From Flavobacteriales bacterium (GTDB taxonomy: Bacteria; Bacteroidota; Bacteroidia; Flavobacteriales_F; PHOS-HE28), in NCBI GenBank assembly GCA_049290175.1, contig JBATND010000351.1, positions 1-44,243 on the forward strand: a stretch of DNA of 44,243 nucleotides, read 5' to 3'. This document shows positions 17,649 through 26,514 of the stretch, piece after piece (positions within the stretch are counted from its first letter, which is position 1; the number at the start of each line of letters is the position of its first letter). The translations under genes and the position numbers were made by a program. The notes under the pieces are model-generated. The model did not search any database. It was given only the letters and a program-made list of their open reading frames with translations, and had not been told where the DNA came from.

Positions 17649-20150
17649 TCACCCCCGCACGTACACGCGCTTCACCCGCGGCGGCACGCTCGTGAGCACT
17701 TCGTAGGGAATGGTGCCCAGGTCGCGCGCGAGCTCGGTGATCGGATGCGCGGCATCGAAGAGCACGGCCTCGTCGCCAACCGCGCATGTGATTTCCGTGA
17801 CATCGATCATGCACATGTCCATGCACACGGTGCCGATGATGGGTGCCGCATGGCCATGCACCCAGAAGCGGCCCACGCCGTTGCTGAGCCTGCGCGATAG
17901 TCCATCGGCGTAGCCCATGGGCACGGTGGCAATGAGCCGCTCACTGTCCGCCACGCCGCGCCTTCCATAGCCGATGGTGCTTCCTGGAGGCACGCGCTTG
18001 ATCTGCGCGATCACCGTGCGCAAGCTGGCGGCGTGCAAGAGTTGGGCGGTCTCTTGTGTGCTGGAACCGATACCGTGCAGGCCGATGCCGAGCCGTACCA
18101 TATCGAAGTGGGCTTCCTTCCAACGCGATGCACCGGCTGAATTCGCGATGTGCAGCAGCGGCCTGTAGCCGAGCACCGCGATCAACGCATCGGCCATGCG
18201 CGTGAATGCCACGATCTGCCCGCGCGTGAACTCGTCGTGCGCGGGATCGTCGCTCGCGGCAAGGTGCGAAAGGATCGATACGACCTTCAGTCCTTTCGCC
18301 CCACGAATCGCCTCGATGAGCTGCGGCAGTTCATCCTCCGCGAAGCCCAAGCGCCGCATGCCCGTATCGAGCTTCATGTGGATGGGCGGCGCATCGGCAT
18401 GCGCTTGGGCAAAGCGCGCGGCCTCGCTGAAGGAGCGCTCGTCGTACACCTCTGGCTCCAAGCGGAATCGGTGCAGGGTCTCCATCGGAACCGGCTCCGG
18501 GTTCATCACGAGGATCGGCGTGGTGATGCCCTGCTGCCGCAATTCAATGCCTTCATCGGCATAGGCGACACCCAGGTATTGCACCTGCTCATGCGCGAAG
18601 AGCCGCGCTAATTCCAGCGCGCCATTGCCATAGCCGAAGGCCTTTACCATGGCCATCACAGCCACGGCTACCCTCTCCTTCGGAGAGGGGCCGGGGGTGA
18701 GGCCGAGCGACGCGCGGTAGTAGTTGAGATTGTGCCGGATCGCCTCCAGGTCAACCTCCATCACGGTGCCATGCACTTGTCGTTGCCAGCGCGTTGCGAT
18801 GCGCTCCAATCCGAAGGCGCGCGCACCCTTAACGAGCACGGCGTGATCCTTCAGCGCTGCTGGATCGAAACGCGCGAGCAGCTCTTCGGCATCAGCGAAA
18901 TGCTGCACGTGCGGTGCGAAGCTCATCGCGTGCTCGCGCAGCTCAGGGCCAACAGTGATCACGGCTTCAACACGCGATCGCGCAAGCAGTTCCTCCACAC
19001 GGAGATAGCGCAGCGCGGGCTCCTCGCCTCCCATCAAGTCGGAGAGCACAACGGCCTTTGGCCTACCAGCGGCGAGTGCATCGAGGTGCTCCAGCGCGAT
19101 GGCCAAGGATGCCGTGTCGTTGCTGTATGCATCGTTGAGCAGCGTGATGCCATGCACGCCATCGAGCGCTTCGAGGCGCATGCTCACCGGCGGCAGCGTG
19201 GGCGTGCGCGCGGCGATCCATTGCGGCGAACGGCCCAAGTGCAGCAGCAGCGCCACGCAATGGATGGCATTCTCGGCCGAGGCTTGATCGGTGAAGGGGA
19301 TCTCGAAATCGAAGTCAACGCGGTCGTTGAAGACGCGGATGCGCTGGCCGTGCGGCAGCGGCTCAGTACGGACCACATGCAGCCAGCCCTGGCGCTCGCG
19401 GCTCCAGCCCAGCAGGGCAGCGCGCTGATCGATGCCATGCGAATGCAAGGCCTGCACGACATCGGCATGATCGGCGCAGAAGACAATGGCTTGCGCATCG
19501 CGAAATAGCATTGCCTTCTCCACGGCCTTCGCACGGTCGTCTGCGAAATGCTCACCGTGCGCTGGGCCGATGTTGGTGAAGATGCCGACGGTGGGATGGA
19601 TCACGGCGCGCAATCGCTCCATCTCGCCCGGCTCACTGATGCCAGCCTCGAAAAGGCCCAGCGTGTGCTCGCGCCGCATGCCCCACACGCTCAACGGCAC
19701 GCCCACCTGCGAGTTCCAACTGCCTGGGCTGCGCGCGATGTGCTCACTGTCGCGCAGCAGGTGGAAGAGCCACTCCTTCACTACGGTCTTGCCATTGCTT
19801 CCGGTGATGCCGATCACCGGCGCATGCATCTGACTGCGGTGCCACGCGGCGATGCGCTGCAAGGCATCACGCGTGTCGCGTACGCGTATCACATTGCTAT
19901 CGGGCAGTCCTTGCGTTGCCGCTGCATCACTGACCATGAAATGGCGCATGCCCTTCGCATGCAGCTCGCGGATGTATCGGTGTGCATCGTGCCGTTCGCC
20001 ACTGAGTGCAACGAAGAGCGTGTCATTCGGCGAAAAGGGCTTGCGCGAATCGACGCTGAGGTGCGCGATCAACGGGTCGTTGTGCTGGGAGAGCCACTCC
20101 CCACCGATGGCCTCGGCGAGCGCGGTGAGGCGGTGGCCGGCGCTGGTCAT
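17649..20150 (-). CDS. murF/alr: bifunctional UDP-N-acetylmuramoyl-tripeptide--D-alanyl-D-alanine ligase / alanine racemase
   Basis: The N-terminal half has the MurF P-loop GITGSNGKT. The C-terminal half has the Alr PLP motif [10 protein letters not shown] and the C-terminal YEVLTSV...RVKRVY. The start was set at MTSAGHRL (ATG 20150-20148), in ATGA overlap with the tdk stop. Confidence 0.92.
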   Translation of the reverse strand: MTSAGHRLTALAEAIGGEWLSQHNDPLIAHLSVDSRKPFSPNDTLFVALSGERHDAHRYIRELHAKGMRHFMVSDAAATQGLPDSNVIRVRDTRDALQRIAAWHRSQMHAPVIGITGSNGKTVVKEWLFHLLRDSEHIARSPGSWNSQVGVPLSVWGMRREHTLGLFEAGISEPGEMERLRAVIHPTVGIFTNIGPAHGEHFADDRAKAVEKAMLFRDAQAIVFCADHADVVQALHSHGIDQRAALLGWSRERQGWLHVVRTEPLPHGQRIRVFNDRVDFDFEIPFTDQASAENAIHCVALLLHLGRSPQWIAARTPTLPPVSMRLEALDGVHGITLLNDAYSNDTASLAIALEHLDALAAGRPKAVVLSDLMGGEEPALRYLRVEELLARSRVEAVITVGPELREHAMSFAPHVQHFADAEELLARFDPAALKDHAVLVKGARAFGLERIATRWQRQVHGTVMEVDLEAIRHNLNYYRASLGLTPGPSPKERVAVAVMAMVKAFGYGNGALELARLFAHEQVQYLGVAYADEGIELRQQGITTPILVMNPEPVPMETLHRFRLEPEVYDERSFSEAARFAQAHADAPPIHMKLDTGMRRLGFAEDELPQLIEAIRGAKGLKVVSILSHLAASDDPAHDEFTRGQIVAFTRMADALIAVLGYRPLLHIANSAGASRWKEAHFDMVRLGIGLHGIGSSTQETAQLLHAASLRTVIAQIKRVPPGSTIGYGRRGVADSERLIATVPMGYADGLSRRLSNGVGRFWVHGHAAPIIGTVCMDMCMIDVTEITCAVGDEAVLFDAAHPITELARDLGTIPYEVLTSVPPRVKRVYVRG
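18669..18703. repeat. hairpin-forming REP-like unit embedded in frame in murF/alr
   Basis: The plus strand reads CCCTCTCC-TTC-GGAGAGGG, a perfect 8-bp stem at 18671-18689, followed by GCCGGGGGTGAGG. On the coding strand it is translated as [11 protein letters not shown]. Confidence 0.6.
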
Positions 20151-20737
20151 TGCGCGTTCCCGACGGCACGGGCCTGATCGAAGCACACGCGGCACAACGG
20201 CTGGTAGCTCTCCTTCTCGCCCAATTGCACCAGATCGCGCCCAGCGCTGATTCGGTGGCTGAAGGCCGCGAGCGCTCCGCATCTCACGCAGATGGCATGC
20301 ACTTTCGTCACGTACTCGGCGGTGCTCAGCAGCTGCGGCATGGGGCCGAAGGGCCTTCCGAGGAAATCCATGTCGAGGCCGGCGGCGATCACGCGCACGC
20401 CCTTCGCGGCCAATTCGGCACAGACCACCGGCAGCCGCTCATCGAAGAATTGCGCTTCATCGAGCCCGACCACTTCGACATCATCAGCCAAATGCAACAA
20501 CTCTTCGCTGCTGGCGATAGGGCGCCCGCGCAAGCTGGTGCTATCATGGCTCACCACCTCGGCCTTGGCATAGCGCGTATCCACTTGCGGCTTGAAGACC
20601 TCGACGCGCTGCTTCGCGAATTCGGCGCGGCGCAGGCGACGGATCAGTTCTTCGGTCTTGCCGCTGAACATGCTGCCGCAGATCACCTCAATCCAGCCCC
20701 TGCGCGGGCTTTGGCTACCGGTGTGTTCGAGGAACAT
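20147..20737 (-). CDS. tdk: thymidine kinase
   Basis: [18 protein letters not shown]-loop, DEAQFF and the C-terminal zinc-ribbon cysteines (AICVRCG...PLCRVC). The start was trimmed to MFLEHTG (ATG 20737-20735). Confidence 0.92.
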   Translation of the reverse strand: MFLEHTGSQSPRRGWIEVICGSMFSGKTEELIRRLRRAEFAKQRVEVFKPQVDTRYAKAEVVSHDSTSLRGRPIASSEELLHLADDVEVVGLDEAQFFDERLPVVCAELAAKGVRVIAAGLDMDFLGRPFGPMPQLLSTAEYVTKVHAICVRCGALAAFSHRISAGRDLVQLGEKESYQPLCRVCFDQARAVGNAQ

Positions 20738-20832
20738 GCAAAAAGCTGTGGAAAGCTGGGCAGAAGGCCCGTTGCGCGAGCGGCGAAAATAGGGATCTTC
20801 GTCCGGGGCCTCCGGTAACGGCCCAAGCACCC

Positions 20833-21615
20833 ATGAGCAACGACAAGGGTTTCCGTTCGATGAGCGCGCTGGTAGAGGCGCTCGGCAAAGCCGAAGAAGG
20901 ATTGCGCAAGGGCACATTGCCGCTCACCGCGCTCGATGAAGCCGCCAACGATGCGCGCGAGCTCTTTGAGCGGTTGGTGGTGATCCGCCACAAGGCGCGT
21001 GAATCCGCGCATGCACGAGCCTCAGCGGAAACAGAGAAACCGAAGGCCGCACCCGCACCGGTTGAGAAGGCCGTAGCTGCCGTGCCACCTCCAGCTCCCC
21101 CGCCCCCTGCACCCATTGCGCAGCCCGTTGCCGAATCGGCTGCCCCGCCGGAGCCCAAAGCCGCTGAAACAGCCATTCGCCTGAACACGCGCCCCGTGGC
21201 ACCGCGCCAAACCGATTTGGAGGAAGCCATCGCGTCGACGAGCGAACCCGAGCCGGTGATGAAGACCGCCGCTGAATTCCTGCGCGAAGCGCAAGCCGCC
21301 AAGACCGCAGCGCCGCAAACCGTTCAGGCCGCACAAGCCAAGCCTGTGACATCCGTAGCCGAGAAGCTCGAGCGCGCGCGCATCGCCGACCTGCCCAAGG
21401 CCATCGCCCTCAGCGACAAATTCTGGTTCACCAAGGAGCTCTTCGGCGGCGATGCCAAGGCGTATGAGGTGGGTGTCTCGTTGCTCAACAGCGCCAAGGA
21501 CCTCGGCGAAGCGCAAGCCTTCCTGAAGGAAGAGTTGCTCGCCAAGCTGAAGACACCACCGGACCCCGAGGCAGTGGATGCGTTCACCGATCTGATCGAG
21601 CGCCGCTTCGCATGA
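20833..21615 (+). CDS. hypothetical protein with a Pro/Ala-rich linker and a helical C-terminal domain
   Basis: 260 aa with a helical N-terminal segment and a low-complexity [10 protein letters not shown] linker. The C-terminal [19 protein letters not shown] block resembles, from my memory, a conserved Bacteroidota hypothetical family. ATGA coupling to the M28 peptidase gene. Confidence 0.6.
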   Translation: MSNDKGFRSMSALVEALGKAEEGLRKGTLPLTALDEAANDARELFERLVVIRHKARESAHARASAETEKPKAAPAPVEKAVAAVPPPAPPPPAPIAQPVAESAAPPEPKAAETAIRLNTRPVAPRQTDLEEAIASTSEPEPVMKTAAEFLREAQAAKTAAPQTVQAAQAKPVTSVAEKLERARIADLPKAIALSDKFWFTKELFGGDAKAYEVGVSLLNSAKDLGEAQAFLKEELLAKLKTPPDPEAVDAFTDLIERRFA

Positions 21616-22877
21616 GGAGGAATCTGATCCTGATCCTCGCCTGCGCATGTTTCAGCACGGCCAATGCGCAAGACGCCTTGACCCAGCGCGCCCGTGCCTG
21701 GCTCGACACCCTGTGCTCGCCTGCCTTCCATGGCCGCGGTTACGTGAAAGATGGCGACCGCATCGCCAGTGAATGGATCGCGAGCAAATTCCGTCAGTTC
21801 GGCGTGAAGCCCGTGAAGGCCGATTTCTACCAGCCCTTCCAGTTCAATGTGAACAGTTTCCCCGACAGCATGCGCGTGGCCATCGACGGGCGCAAGCTCA
21901 GCGCAGGAACCGAATTCCTGGTGGATGCGGAGAGCGGGACCCTATCCGGCAGCTTTACGCTGGTGCATGTATCGCCCAACGATTTGCAAGGCCCCGAGCG
22001 CAAAGGCATGACCATGGGCGTGCTGCTGGGCAAGGCCGCATGCCTGCATTGGCCCGAAACACGCAACGGCGATTCGCTGCGCCTGTTCCGCCAATGGGAG
22101 CGCGAGCTCATGGACCATTGCGTGGTGGTGAAGCCCGCGAAGAAGCTCACCTGGAGCGTGGCCACCGATGCCCGACGCTTCCCGCTGATCGAAGTGGCCG
22201 AAGGATCGATCGCCGATAGTTCAAGCACCATCGACCTGAGCGTGCGCAACGCCTTGCTGGTGCGCAGGCCCGCGCGAAACGTGCTCGGCATGGTGAAGGG
22301 CAAGAGCAAGAAGTGGGTGGTGATCGGCGCGCACTACGACCACCTTGGCCGCATGGGTGCCGATGCGCTCTTCCCCGGCGCCAACGACAACGCAAGCGGA
22401 ACGGCCATGCTGCTGAGCCTCGCCGAGCACTTCGCGAAGCGCGGCAACACGCCCAAGCACAATCTACTCTTCGTGGCCTTCGCGGGCGAAGAGGCGGGCC
22501 TGATCGGCAGCGAATGGTGCGCCGTGGATCGCCCCATCGACTGGAAGAACGTGAGCATGATGATCAACCTCGACATCCTCGGCACGGGCGATGACGGCAT
22601 CATGGTGGTGAATGCCACGGCGCAGCAGAAGGCGTACAACCAGCTCGTGGCGATCAACGGCAGCAAAGGCTATCTGAAGGAAGTGAAGGCGCGCGGCCCG
22701 GCCTGCAACAGCGACCATTGCCATTTCGTGAAGCGCGGTGTTCCTGCCATCTACATCTACACCCTTGGCGGCGTGGCGCACTACCACGACGTGATGGACC
22801 GCGCCGAGACACTGCCCCTCACCGAGTTCGCTGACCTGCACGCGTTGCTGCGCGACTTCATCCAAGCGCTGAAGTGA
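21612..22877 (+). CDS. M28 family peptidase
   Basis: Signal peptide [20 protein letters not shown], plus GAHYDHLG, GANDNASGTAMLL, FAGEEAGLIGS and a late HYH motif. Confidence 0.88.
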   Translation: MRRNLILILACACFSTANAQDALTQRARAWLDTLCSPAFHGRGYVKDGDRIASEWIASKFRQFGVKPVKADFYQPFQFNVNSFPDSMRVAIDGRKLSAGTEFLVDAESGTLSGSFTLVHVSPNDLQGPERKGMTMGVLLGKAACLHWPETRNGDSLRLFRQWERELMDHCVVVKPAKKLTWSVATDARRFPLIEVAEGSIADSSSTIDLSVRNALLVRRPARNVLGMVKGKSKKWVVIGAHYDHLGRMGADALFPGANDNASGTAMLLSLAEHFAKRGNTPKHNLLFVAFAGEEAGLIGSEWCAVDRPIDWKNVSMMINLDILGTGDDGIMVVNATAQQKAYNQLVAINGSKGYLKEVKARGPACNSDHCHFVKRGVPAIYIYTLGGVAHYHDVMDRAETLPLTEFADLHALLRDFIQALK

Positions 22878-23593
22878 GCGCGTCCAAGGCCCCGCTCGTC
22901 CTGGTACCGACACCCATCGGCAACCTCGACGACATCACGCTGCGCGCCAAGCAGGTGCTCGAGCAAGCCGATGCCGTGGTCGCAGAGGATACGCGCGTGA
23001 CCGGGCGTCTCTTGCAGCACCTCGGCATCAACAAACCGTTGATCTCCTTCCACAACAACAACGAGCACCGCATGACCGAGCAGCTGGTCGCGCGCTTGCT
23101 GGCCGGCGAGCGCTTCGCCTTGTGCAGCGATGCGGGCACGCCCGGCATCAGCGATCCGGGATTCCTGCTTGTGCGCGCTGCCATCCGTGAAGGCATCGCA
23201 GTGGAATGCCTGCCGGGAGCCACCGCCTTCGTGCCCGCGCTGGTAGCGAGCGGCCTGCCCTGCGACCGCTTCGTGTTCGAGGGATTCCTGCCGCAGAAGA
23301 AAGGCCGGCAGACACGGATCCGATCGCTCATTTCAGAGGAGCGCACCATCGTGCTCTACGAGAGCCCGCATCGCATCGCCCGCTTGCTCGGCGAGTTGGT
23401 AGAAGCCTTCGGCGCCGATCGCCAAGCGAGTGTTTCGCGCGAGCTGAGCAAGTTGCACGAAGAGACGCGGCGCGGCACGCTCGCAGAATTGGCCGCGCAC
23501 TTCACGGCGCACGAGCCGCGCGGCGAATTCGTGGTTGTCCTGTCCGGCCGACGTCCCGTCGGCCGTGAGCATGCAGAGCACGCCGAGGAATGA
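22874..23593 (+). CDS. rsmI: 16S rRNA (cytidine1402-2'-O)-methyltransferase
   Basis: LVLVPTPIGNLDDITLRA, AEDTR, SDAGTPGISDPG, YESPHR and RELSKLHEE are canonical RsmI motifs. Confidence 0.93.
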   Translation: MSASKAPLVLVPTPIGNLDDITLRAKQVLEQADAVVAEDTRVTGRLLQHLGINKPLISFHNNNEHRMTEQLVARLLAGERFALCSDAGTPGISDPGFLLVRAAIREGIAVECLPGATAFVPALVASGLPCDRFVFEGFLPQKKGRQTRIRSLISEERTIVLYESPHRIARLLGELVEAFGADRQASVSRELSKLHEETRRGTLAELAAHFTAHEPRGEFVVVLSGRRPVGREHAEHAEE

Positions 23594-23615
23594 TAGCCGC
23601 CAAGAAACACCGAGT

Positions 23616-23719
23616 GAATTGGCCGCAACTGTTGCAGCGCATAGCGCGGCGCGAATTCGGGAACGCTTCTCACTCAACGTCTCATCGGCCGTGAGCATGC
23701 GGAGTGCGACGGCGCATGA
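23616..23719 (+). repeat. degenerate tandem copy of the last ~105 nt of rsmI
   Basis: Blocks are shared in the same order with 23486-23593: GAATTGGCCGC (11/11), GCGCGGC..GAATTCG, ACGTC, and TCGGCCGTGAGCATGC(A/G)GAG. The offset drifts from 130 to 126 nt. Confidence 0.75.
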
Positions 23720-23776
23720 AAACAGCGCCGTGTTCGCTACAGCATGCGGCATGATCCATCGCTCTATCTTAGAGCC

Positions 23777-23983
23777 ATGAACGAGATCATCTTCATCGTT
23801 GAAGATTCGCCCGAAGGCGGGTACGAAGCGCGCGCTCTCGAACACTCCATCTTCACCGACGGTGACGACATCGAGCAGCTCAAGGCGAACGTGAAGGATG
23901 CCGTGGCAGCTCACTTCGAGGCCGAACGCATGCCCAAAGTGATTCGCCTGCACATGGTGAAGGAGATCGTGATCGCGGCATGA
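23777..23983 (+). CDS. hicB: short HicB-like antitoxin
   Basis: MNEIIFIVEDSPEGGYEARALEHSIFTDGDDIEQLKANVKDAV is the HicB N-terminal fold pattern, often mislabelled as a 2-oxoisovalerate dehydrogenase subunit. It is only 68 aa with no DNA-binding domain. ATGA overlap with hicA. Confidence 0.7.
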   Translation: MNEIIFIVEDSPEGGYEARALEHSIFTDGDDIEQLKANVKDAVAAHFEAERMPKVIRLHMVKEIVIAA

Positions 23984-24222
23984 AGGTGCCGCGTGACCTC
24001 ACCGGTCGGGAGTTGATCGCGGCGCTTTCGAAGCTCGGCTATTCGGTCACACGGCAGAGCGGCAGCCATATCCGAATCACCACGGAACGCTCCGGTACCC
24101 ATCACCTGACCATACCGGATCATCGGCCCATCAAAGTCGGCACATTGGCAAGCATCATGCGTGACCTCGAGCAGCACCACGGCATGAACCGATTCGAACT
24201 CACACGATTTCTCTTCGGATAG
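23980..24222 (+). CDS. hicA: HicA family mRNA interferase toxin
   Basis: 80 aa with LTGRELIAALSKLGYSVTRQSGSHIRIT...HHLTIPDH.PIKVGTLASIMRDL, the YcfA/HicA signature including the catalytic GSH. Confidence 0.8.
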   Translation: MKVPRDLTGRELIAALSKLGYSVTRQSGSHIRITTERSGTHHLTIPDHRPIKVGTLASIMRDLEQHHGMNRFELTRFLFG

Positions 24223-24253
24223 CAGGCTTCCATCCCCAGCATCCAATCCACGA

Positions 24254-25261
24254 ATGAAAGCCTGGACCCTCATCGCGCACGGAAAACCGCAACGCGCATT
24301 CGCCTTGCGCGAGCACCCCGAACCGCAGCCCAAACCGAATCAAGTGCTGATCCGCGTGGAGGGCTTCGGCCTCAACTACGCCGATGCCATGGCCGTGCGC
24401 GGCCTCTATCGCGAAGCACCTCCCCTGCCCAGCATCATCGGCTACGAGGTGGTCGGGCGCGTTGAGCGCATAGGACAAGAAGTGCATGATGGCCTTCTCG
24501 GCAAGCGCGTGGTGGCCATGACGCGTTTCGGCGGCTATGCCGAAGCAGCCGTTACCGATCAGCGTGCATGCGCCATCATCCCCGATGAACTGCCGTTGGG
24601 CGAAGCGCTCGCCTTGGCCACGCAGGGCGTAACGGCCTGGTACATGGCCAAAGTGCTCTGTCCGCTGCATGCCGGTGAGCGCGTGCTGGTGCATAGTGCT
24701 GCTGGCGGTGTGGGCCAGTTGCTCGTGCAGATGGCTTCGCATGCGGGCTGCGAAGTGATCGCCGTTGTGGGCAATGCCTCGAAGGTGGCGCGCGCGAAAG
24801 CACTGGGCGCCGCGCATGTGATCGATCGTTCAGCGGGCGACTACGAAGCGCAGGCATTGAAGATCCTGGGCAAGCATCGGCTGGGCGCGAGCTTCAATGC
24901 CGTTGCGGGTCGCAGCTTCAAGAAGGACATGCGGCTCATCGGTTCCGGAGGGCGCTTGGTGTTATTCGGCGGAGCGGAGCGCGGCGGCACCAGCACCTTG
25001 GGCTTCATCTGGCGCATGGGATTGATGCTGCCCATCTTCCTCATGATGAAGAGCAAGAGCATCCTCGGTGTGAACATGCTCAAGCTCGGCGACCATCAAC
25101 CCGCATTGGTGGCGCGCTGCCTCGCTGAAGTGGTAGAGGCGCATCGGCAAGGCCTGCTGAAGCCCTTGGTGCATGCCGAGTTGCCTGCCGAAGAGCTCGT
25201 GCAAGCGCATGACGCCCTGGCCAACGGCAGCACCATGGGCAAGGTGGCGCTCAAGTGGTGA
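24254..25261 (+). CDS. medium-chain dehydrogenase/reductase, quinone oxidoreductase-like
   Basis: The N-terminal GroES-like segment is VLIRVEGFGLNYADAMAVRGLY. The NAD(P)-binding loop is HSAAGGVGQLLVQ. It ends in TMGKVALKW. Confidence 0.85.
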   Translation: MKAWTLIAHGKPQRAFALREHPEPQPKPNQVLIRVEGFGLNYADAMAVRGLYREAPPLPSIIGYEVVGRVERIGQEVHDGLLGKRVVAMTRFGGYAEAAVTDQRACAIIPDELPLGEALALATQGVTAWYMAKVLCPLHAGERVLVHSAAGGVGQLLVQMASHAGCEVIAVVGNASKVARAKALGAAHVIDRSAGDYEAQALKILGKHRLGASFNAVAGRSFKKDMRLIGSGGRLVLFGGAERGGTSTLGFIWRMGLMLPIFLMMKSKSILGVNMLKLGDHQPALVARCLAEVVEAHRQGLLKPLVHAELPAEELVQAHDALANGSTMGKVALKW

Positions 25262-25262
25262 G

Positions 25263-26027
25263 CTACTCCACTACGAAACGACGCACGCTCCTGCTGCCAT
25301 CGGCCATGCGCACGGCATAGGTGCCCGGCAGCCAATCGCGCGTATCGATCACCGCGAAGCCGCGCGTCACCAGCACTTGCGTAACCAAGGCGCCGCGCAT
25401 GTCGAAGGCTTGCAGTGTTCCAGTGGCGGGAAGGCCCGTGATGCTCACTTGGCCGTTGGATGGATTCGGCGAGAGCCACACGTTCGCGGCACTCGCACTC
25501 TCTTCGATCCGTGCCGCACCGATCACATTCAAGGTGAAGTCCTTGAAGTCGCCGTACTGGAACGCACCGCAAGGACCGAAGCCGTTGCCGTTGGAAGTCT
25601 GGAATCCATCGCTGCCCCAAGGCGAGATGATGCGCATGCGGTACTGGCCGCTCGGCGTGCTCTCCGGGATCGCGATGCTGAACTGGTACTCGTAGCTCGG
25701 CGCGCCGCCCACGTAGTTGAAGTAGAGGTTCTCGCTCTCCTCGAAACTATTGCTCTGGTCGAAGTCAACCCACACGGCACAGCCGCACCAAACACCATTG
25801 GTCACGCTCATGGGCAGCATGGCGCCAGCATCAACAGTAGTGCTTACTGAGGTATAGTCCGATGTGGCGCAAGCATCGCTCCCGGGAGTCCAGTTGATGG
25901 ATCCCGCTTGCACCGACATGCTGTACCAACTGAAGCAACCGTTAGCGAAATTGGGGCTGCAGTATTGCGCGGCGGCCGCAGAGCTAATGAAGGCGAAGAG
26001 TGCGAAATGCGCGTAGCGTTTGATCAT
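25263..26027 (-). CDS. secreted GEVED-like domain protein with T9SS C-terminal sorting domain
   Basis: Signal peptide MIKRYAHFALFAFISSAAAAQ (ATG 26027-26025), followed by YCSP...C...QYGDFKDFTLNV (degenerate GEVED motif). The CTD is VWLSPNPSNGQVSI...LPGTYAVRM...RRFVVE. Confidence 0.7.
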   Translation of the reverse strand: MIKRYAHFALFAFISSAAAAQYCSPNFANGCFSWYSMSVQAGSINWTPGSDACATSDYTSVSTTVDAGAMLPMSVTNGVWCGCAVWVDFDQSNSFEESENLYFNYVGGAPSYEYQFSIAIPESTPSGQYRMRIISPWGSDGFQTSNGNGFGPCGAFQYGDFKDFTLNVIGAARIEESASAANVWLSPNPSNGQVSITGLPATGTLQAFDMRGALVTQVLVTRGFAVIDTRDWLPGTYAVRMADGSRSVRRFVVE

Positions 26028-26091
26028 GGCAGGAGTGTTTGGTTCTGCGAGTATAGCGCCAAGCATTTCAAGTTGTGCTTAACCTTGTGGC

Positions 26092-26514
26092 ATGGCTGCA
26101 CCGTTCGCTCCACGCACCATCGATACCCGCTGCGCCACCATGGCGCTGACCGCGCCGGGCTTCATCGAGCAGCGCTTCAAGGGCGATGTCACCATCGACC
26201 GCGCCGGCTTCGAGGAGAACCGCGCGGCACGGCACGAGTTGGGCGGCGATCAGCCATATGTGATGCTCTCGTTCATCCCCGAAGGCATCGACTTCGAGCT
26301 GAGCATTACCAGCAATGACCACTTCAAGCCCGAGCGCGGCACCAGCCCCATGCGGGCCTTGGCCGTGGTGGTGGGCGACGGCATGGGCGAGGCCATCGCC
26401 AAACTCTACTTCAGCTACTTCCCCACGGAGTTCCCAGCGCGCGTGTTCCATGATGAGCGCTCGGCGAGGGAGTGGCTGGCTGAAGCGGGTGCTGCTGCGG
26501 CTAAGGCCGTATGA
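26092..26514 (+). CDS. hypothetical STAS-like small protein
   Basis: 140 aa; the alternative start is MALTAPGF at 26140. The blocks GFIEQRFKGDVTIDRAGFEEN...RALAVVVGDG...AKLYF resemble, from memory, STAS/SpoIIAA-like DUF proteins, but only weakly. The 3' end overlaps the convergent antiporter gene by 14 nt. Confidence 0.45.
   Translation: MAAPFAPRTIDTRCATMALTAPGFIEQRFKGDVTIDRAGFEENRAARHELGGDQPYVMLSFIPEGIDFELSITSNDHFKPERGTSPMRALAVVVGDGMGEAIAKLYFSYFPTEFPARVFHDERSAREWLAEAGAAAAKAV

Noticed and set aside
20151-20282. N-terminal extensions of murF/alr (to 20282), tdk (to 20917), fabD (to 6848), the TPR protein (to 31829), the M23 peptidase (to 11388) and MerR (to 10302).
   Set aside because: The extensions overlap upstream genes or repeats and lack homology-like sequence. 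The internal ATGs give canonical N-termini or signal peptides and, in several cases, ATGA coupling.
23535-23780. 81-aa ORF spanning the rsmI / hicB intergenic region.
   Set aside because: It is a frame-shifted read-through of the rsmI 3' end and its degenerate duplicate. I treat it as a relic, not as a gene.
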